From contig JANMKN010000371.1 of NCBI GenBank assembly GCA_031372065.1, positions 1 to 22,919 of the forward strand: 22,919 bases of DNA, read 5' to 3'. This document shows positions 18,476 to 22,919 of the stretch, piece by piece. A program made the translations under genes and the position numbers. Source of the stretch: Abditibacteriaceae bacterium (GTDB lineage: Bacteria; Armatimonadota; Abditibacteriia; Abditibacteriales; Abditibacteriaceae). The notes beneath the pieces are model-generated. The model saw only the letters and a list, made by a program, of their open reading frames with translations, searched no databases and was not told where the DNA came from. Every line of letters starts with the position of its first letter. Positions within the stretch are counted from its first letter, which is position 1.

Positions 18476-19519
18476 CTAAACTTCGCGCGGCGCGGCGGTG
18501 GATTGCCGCACCACCAAAAATGTCGGCACCAAAGCGCCACCAAGCACAGCACTGGCATTGGCGTCTTCGTTCGCCACTTCCACGCGGTCGAGCAGTTGGC
18601 GTGTGGCCAGCGCTCCCATTTCGTTAAACGGTTGACGAACCGTAGTCAAAGGCGGATCGCTTAAGCTACTCATTTGCAGATTGCCAAAGCCGACAACGGA
18701 TAAGTCCCTCGGCACCTGCCAGCCGCACGAGCGCGCCGCGCGCAGCACCAACAGCGCCGCCGCGTCGGTTGCCGCTACAAACGCGGTTGGCGGCGCTTTC
18801 ATCGCTGCGAATTGCGTCTGCAATGCGGCAACCATTGCTTCGGCTTCCCATGGCGCATGAACGAAATGTTCACGCCGCGCCGCTAAACCCTGCGTTTGCA
18901 GAGCGCGCAAAAATGCCTGCAAGCGGCTTTTCGTGCCGCTTTCCTCGATGCCTCCGCCGACGTAACCAATTTCGCGGTGTCCTAAGCCAGCCAGATGCCC
19001 GACTGCCTGCTCCATGCCCATCTTGTAATCGGCCAGCACCGGGCTGCCCCACTCATGATTCTCGGCGTCGTCCAAAAGCGCGATGGGAATGTTGTATACG
19101 CCCAGCGCCTCACGATAGCGATCAATCGGCGAAGGATGCAAAAACGCTGAAATCACGCCCGCCAGTCGCAATTCGATGCACTGATCGATTAGGCGCGCGT
19201 CGAAACCAGCGACACTGGGCCGCAAAACCTTGATGAAGTAGCCGCGCGCGTCGGCTTCGCGCAACGCCCCCGAAACCAGTTTCGCGACGTGTTCGGCCTC
19301 GACGTTGCGCGTGAGGAACCCCACGACGCGCGAGCGTCCGCGCGTCATGGCCCGCGCTAATTCGTTGGGTTTGTAATTGAGTTCGGCAGCCGCAGCTAAA
19401 ACGCGCGTGCGCGTCGCTTCGGAAATGCTGCCGCCAGCCCGCTCGCGTCCGTTCAACACAAACGAAACCGCCGTTTGCGACACACCCGCCCGCACCGCAA
19501 TATCCTTCATGGTTGGCAT
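18476..19519 (-). CDS. LacI-family transcriptional regulator
   Basis: HTH TMKDIAVRAGVSQTAVSFVLN, hinge LNYKPNELAR, and sugar-binding domain VPRDLSVVGF...PPLTTVRQPFNEMG...VRQST. Confidence 0.96.
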   Translation of the reverse strand: MPTMKDIAVRAGVSQTAVSFVLNGRERAGGSISEATRTRVLAAAAELNYKPNELARAMTRGRSRVVGFLTRNVEAEHVAKLVSGALREADARGYFIKVLRPSVAGFDARLIDQCIELRLAGVISAFLHPSPIDRYREALGVYNIPIALLDDAENHEWGSPVLADYKMGMEQAVGHLAGLGHREIGYVGGGIEESGTKSRLQAFLRALQTQGLAARREHFVHAPWEAEAMVAALQTQFAAMKAPPTAFVAATDAAALLVLRAARSCGWQVPRDLSVVGFGNLQMSSLSDPPLTTVRQPFNEMGALATRQLLDRVEVANEDANASAVLGGALVPTFLVVRQSTAAPREV

Positions 19520-19525
19520 AGTAAT

Positions 19526-19555
19526 GGGCTTTAGTAAATCCTATTACTAAGGCCC
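19526..19555. promoter_or_regulatory. Inverted repeat immediately upstream of lacI, probable autoregulatory operator
   Basis: GGGCTTTAGTAA-ATCCTA-TTACTAAGGCCC, arms 11/12 complementary, 6 nt upstream of the ATG. Confidence 0.6.
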
Positions 19556-19778
19556 CTGCAAGCCGCTGTATTCCGGCGATACAGGTGACTCTCTGGTGGG
19601 ATTTGAATATCAGTTCATGGACGATGCCACCCATCCCGATGCCAAGGTTGGCCCTATCCGCATGAGCGGTTCGCTTTACAACTCATACCGCGAAGCGGCC
19701 CGGCCACGCGGCCTGCGGGCGAGTTCAACCATTCACGCATCGTGGTGCGGGGCAACCACCTTGAACACTGGCTCAATG
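19551..19778 (+). pseudogene. Internal fragment of a DUF1080 (3-keto-disaccharide hydrolase-like) gene, frameshifted
   Basis: GFEYQFMDDATHPDAKVGPIRMSGSLYN, then after a 1-nt shift near 19682, IPRSGPATRPAGEFNHSRIVVRGNHLEHWLN. Both segments are DUF1080 signature regions. No N- or C-terminus. Confidence 0.8.
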
Positions 19779-19882
19779 CGTTGCATGTTGTTTCTGCCAA
19801 TGTGGTGGCACTCAGCAGGTAAGGTTTTCGCGTAACTTTGCCAATCGTCGGTGGCGAAGTTTCGCACGTCATAGGGCGCCAG
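19772..19882 (-). mobile_element. IS1-family transposase (InsB-like) fragment
   Basis: LAPYDVRNFATDDWQSYAKTLPAECHHIGRNNMQRIE matches the IS1 pattern TDxWxxY...H.IGK..TQRIER. Bounded by an in-frame TGA upstream and cut at the catalytic E. Confidence 0.75.
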
Positions 19883-19924
19883 TCACTCCGGCGCAGCAAT
19901 GCGTGCTCGATTTTCTGGGCATGA

Positions 19925-20018
19925 TTTAAAGGATGAAGGCGGAGGGATGAAGGATGAAAAACAGCTCTGTGTAGTCTAAATGGCGCATCGCGCCAAACTG
20001 CATCCTGCATCCTTTAAA
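19925..20018. repeat. 94-bp element with 15-bp terminal inverted repeats and GGATGAA-type heptamers
   Basis: Left end TTTAAAGGATGAAGG versus reverse complement of right end TTTAAAGGATGCAGG (14/15). Internal GGATGAAGGATGAA. Confidence 0.55.
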
Positions 20019-20160
20019 GTCGCAGCCCTGCGGGCTTAATAGGCGGCAAAAACGATGGTGCGCCCTTTGTTTGCACTTTGCGCGGGTAAATAGAGCCGTC
20101 TACGGCGGCGAATAGCGTATCGAAATCGCCGCCCAAAACCACGCTTTGCGCCGCGCCAAA
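20014..20160 (-). pseudogene. C-terminal fragment of an SMP-30/gluconolactonase-family gene
   Basis: FGAAQSVVLGGDFDTLFAAVDGSIYPRKVQTKGAPSFLPPIKPAGLRL* resembles the FGG..FDTL.......Y.RK...KGA.....PIKP..PRL end of long gluconolactonase proteins. No start. Confidence 0.6.
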
Positions 20161-20161
20161 T

Positions 20162-20665
20162 TTAGCGAGGCGCTTGATTATCGGTGACGAAGGCGGGCGG
20201 CTGGCGCACGCGCGCCAGCGTGAACGAGACGCCGTCGTGCAGAGTTTCCGCGTCGCCCGGAATCGGCACGGCCATCATCGCCGGTGGCACGCCGCCCAAA
20301 AAACCGCCCCGCCCGCCGCGCGGCATTCCCGGCGGACGGCTGGGCGTTTTGTTGTGCATGAAAAGCACGGTGGCGTAGCGTTGCCAATGCGAGGCACGCA
20401 CGACGCGCGCCTGCGCGATATGGGTGTGTAGCAGCCACGCCGTCCACCATTCGACGCCATGACCAGCGTTCGCTCCGGCTGCGGGACGTATTTTCGCAGC
20501 GCGGTCAGTTCGTGCAGTGCGGTGGCGTCCAATGTGGGCGCGCCGCCCTGCCAGATGAGCGGCAGTGCGGGGCCGCACGCGAGCAGCACAGCGAAACCGG
20601 CCAGCGCGCGCCGCGCCGCCTGGTGTTTAAGATGCGCCAGAGCAAAGGCACCGCTCAGTGCGGCA
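20162..20665 (-). pseudogene. C-terminal fragment of a membrane protein (possibly GT-C-like), frameshifted
   Basis: Hydrophobic AALSGAFALAHL...ALAGFAVLLACGPALPLIW...PERTLV, then a frame change near 20461 to HGVEWWTAWLLHTHIAQ...QAPR*. No start; the 5' end is fused to the MBL gene. Confidence 0.55.
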
Positions 20666-21884
20666 GGCGGTGCGTCACAGGAACCGCTTGATGCGCCGCG
20701 CCATACCAGGGCAGAGTGCACGCGAGATTGAAATCGGCGGGACGCTCGATTATGTCGGCCACCGATTCCAGACAAAGCAATTCGCTGTTTTCCAGAGCGA
20801 TCAGGTCGGGGATGTTTTCAATGTGATCGCCGTGATAATGCGTGACCGCAACCGCTTCGATGCGCGCCGGTTTCAAGGATTCAGGCAGCGCGGCTTTGAA
20901 ATTCGTCAGAGTTCGGTCGTGAAAGTCGGCGCGGGTTTCGACCGGCGACCAGTTGCACAAACCGTCGTCGAACAAAAGCGCGTGTCCGCTTTGCGAAATC
21001 AACGCGGCGCAGTTGCCGCTTTTCCACTGGAACAAGCGCGGCAACAATTTTCGCCAGCCGTCGCACGGTTGGTCGTTATCAGGAAAGTTGAGCGGCGCGA
21101 CTTCAGGCGCTTCGTCGTGCAGCACGGCTTCGAGACGCGCGGCCAGAAGAGTCAGTGTCCGCGTCGCATCGAGAATCGGTTCGCCGTGCGCCGGTAAAAG
21201 CACGTCGGGTTTTTGGCGCGCCAATGCGTGCGCCGATTGGAGCAGGCTGCGCTGACCGCTTTGCAGACCGTAATCCCAATCGCAATCGAACCAGTTCCAG
21301 AGTTGCCCTTCGCCACAAATCAAATCGCCGCAAAACGCAATTTTCCGGTCTTCGATTTCAAGCAGGAAGCTCAAAGCGTTTTTTCCATGACCGGGCGTGG
21401 CGAAAACTTTCAATCCGAAAAGCTCGTCGCCCGCGCGGATTACTCCGCCGACGGCTAAGGCATTTTGCGGCGGGCGTTCGCTGCGCGCGCCGGCGCAATG
21501 GCCCTGGTAATTGCCGCGCGTTTCCCAGTCCCAGGGCGGCTGCCACGTCAAATTCATTGCTTCATATGCCGCATGGCCGCGATACAAATACTCGTCGCCA
21601 GCCGGGACGTGAAGCGGGACATCGGAAAAATTGGCCGCGCCCGCGACGTGCTCGCGCTGCGTGTGCGTGATCCAAACGACATCCGGCTTTTGCGGTAAAT
21701 GCTGTGGCCATAAATCTTCGGCGGGATCAATCAAAACCCGGCCCAGCGGAGTAATCACCAGATAAGAATTGACCGGATGGTGCGCGCCGCCAAGCGAACT
21801 TCCGAAGCGCAGAGCGGCGAAAGAAGCGTTGGAAAAGACGACGGTCTGCCGGGGATGAGAATCGGTGTTCATGGCGGTGTTCAT
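20655..21884 (-). pseudogene. Tandem metallo-beta-lactamase-fold hydrolase, probably 3'-truncated
   Basis: Domain 1 has degenerate THTQREH, TPGHG, FCGDL and LLPAHG. Domain 2 has intact THYHGDH but ends at VTHRLPH* before its PG-H/D/H motifs. Confidence 0.7.
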
Positions 21885-21990
21885 GCTTGCGTTTTCATCT
21901 TCACGTTTTCAATCGGCGGAACGCGGGCGCAGGAAGTTAGCCCAGCGGCTGAGAAATAAAATCGGAAACACGCGGCGTTTCAAAAACAGG

Positions 21991-22025
21991 CGAAATGATG
22001 CGGCGGTTAAGCGCGCATCATTTCG
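21991..22025. terminator. Strong hairpin (12-bp perfect stem), possible intrinsic terminator on the - strand
   Basis: CGAAATGATGCG-N11-CGCATCATTTCG, followed on the - strand by CCTGTTTTT. Confidence 0.5.
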
Positions 22026-22060
22026 GCTTGCGTCCGCTCACAAAAAGATTTGGATTTATG

Positions 22061-22088
22061 TTTACAAACCCTCGAAAGGGATTATAAT
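22061..22088 (+). promoter_or_regulatory. Sigma70-type promoter for the second lacI
   Basis: TTTACA-N16-TATAAT, 40 nt upstream of ATG 22129. Confidence 0.65.
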
Positions 22089-22096
22089 ATGGTTGA

Positions 22097-22112
22097 GGAT
22101 ATACGAGTATCC
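22097..22112. promoter_or_regulatory. LacI-type operator candidate
   Basis: GGATATA-CG-AGTATCC, an imperfect palindrome centred on CG just downstream of the predicted transcription start. Confidence 0.5.
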
Positions 22113-22128
22113 CCAGCCGAGAACTGCC

Positions 22129-22919
22129 ATGTCTATCACTCAAAACAAAATTGCCGAGCATTTGGGAATTTCGCGCGTTTCGGTGGCTCGCGCGCTCAAC
22201 GGTCACGGCAAGGTTTCGCCTGAAAGCCGGCGACGGATTGAAGAAGCCGCGCGTGAGTTGGGTTACGACTCGCACACCAACCGCGCGGCGCGCGAAATGA
22301 TTGCGCGACGTTACGGGACGCAGCTCAAGAACGATGTCATCGCCGTCATCATGCCGGCATCGGGCGCTGCGCCGCTGCGCACCGAGACGTTCTTTACGCC
22401 GATTTTAGACGGCATCGAAATGCAGGCGGAGATGCTGGGGCTGGATGTTTTCCTGCATTCCTACTGCAAAGACAGGCTGCCCCGGCTGATTCAAAATGGC
22501 GGCGTGGACGGCTTGGTATGTCTTGAAGCGGCGAGCGAATTAGTGCAGCGTTTGAAGCCCCTGAAATTGCCCATTTTGACGCTGGGCGCATTTCATGATG
22601 AGGTGTGCGGAATTGCCCCCGATGAAGGCAAAGGTGTGCGTATGGTGACGCAGCATTTGATTGACATCGGACACCGGCAGATCGCGTATTTGGGACACCC
22701 TCCGAACGCATCGGCTTCGCTGCGTCGTATTCACGGTTATGAACACGCACTGAAATCGAATGGTTTGCCGCTCGACGAGAGGCTTAAGGAAGCGACGTTG
22801 TGGGGACAGCAGGAAAGCGGCGCTGGTGTAGCGCGGTTGCTGGAGCGCGGCGTGAAGTTTTCAGCGCTTGTCTGCCATAACGATCAAATTGCGATGGCCG
22901 CAGTGCGCGAACTGGAAGA
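22129..22919 (+). CDS. LacI-family transcriptional regulator (3' end outside window; absent from ORF track)
   Basis: Manual translation: MSITQNKIAEHLGISRVSVARALNGHGKVSPESRRRIEEAARELGY...VTQHLIDIGHRQIAYLG...RIHGYEHAL...SALVCHNDQIAMAAVRELE. Open to the window end. Confidence 0.93.
   Translation, partial: MSITQNKIAEHLGISRVSVARALNGHGKVSPESRRRIEEAARELGYDSHTNRAAREMIARRYGTQLKNDVIAVIMPASGAAPLRTETFFTPILDGIEMQAEMLGLDVFLHSYCKDRLPRLIQNGGVDGLVCLEAASELVQRLKPLKLPILTLGAFHDEVCGIAPDEGKGVRMVTQHLIDIGHRQIAYLGHPPNASASLRRIHGYEHALKSNGLPLDERLKEATLWGQQESGAGVARLLERGVKFSALVCHNDQIAMAAVRELE

Noticed and set aside
19596..19835. 79-aa ORF as an intact small protein
   Set aside because: Only the first ~29 residues are DUF1080-like; the homology continues in another frame.
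19772..19882. Active IS1 element
   Set aside because: Only 37 codons, with no InsA and no recognisable IS ends.
19654..20010. 118-aa minus-strand ORF
   Set aside because: It crosses the repeat element and IS1 fragment out of frame; the HPSS-like text comes from the heptamer repeat.
21863..21885. 11-bp direct repeat CGGTGTTCATG giving MNTAMNTD
   Set aside because: A small local duplication that only makes the start ambiguous (21884 versus 21872).
21777..21959. Plus-strand ORF ending before the 21991 hairpin
   Set aside because: Mostly antisense to the MBL gene, with no family signal to support a gene remnant.

Overview
GC-rich bacterial DNA, mostly a carbohydrate-degradation locus; the gene content and LacI style suggest Abditibacteriota/Armatimonadota, which is an inference. 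Bases 1-12630 (+) carry nine genes: an Asp-box beta-propeller (GH74-like, partial), two DUF4038/GH140 apiosidase-like paralogues (one without and one with a signal peptide), a secreted clan GH-A-like hydrolase, an enolase-superfamily (MR/MLE) enzyme, a GHL6/GH42M-like hydrolase, a YncE-like beta-propeller, an ADP-ribosylglycohydrolase-family protein and an (alpha/alpha)6 glycosidase-like protein. Bases 12856-19519 (-) carry a heparinase II/III-like protein, a large secreted beta-helix/FN3/PA14/Calx-beta/PA14 protein and a LacI regulator. Bases 19551-20670 are a compact patchwork of unrelated gene fragments: DUF1080, IS1 transposase, a gluconolactonase C-terminus and a membrane-protein C-terminus, fused to a truncated metallo-beta-lactamase-fold gene. 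At least one junction shows apparent microhomology. A second LacI gene, absent from the ORF track, starts at 22129 and runs off the window. A degenerate 24-bp palindrome family (core GTYRAANNYRAC) marks several gene boundaries. No rRNA, tRNA, CRISPR, intact mobile element or transporter was seen. All family calls come from motif recognition by eye, not database searches.
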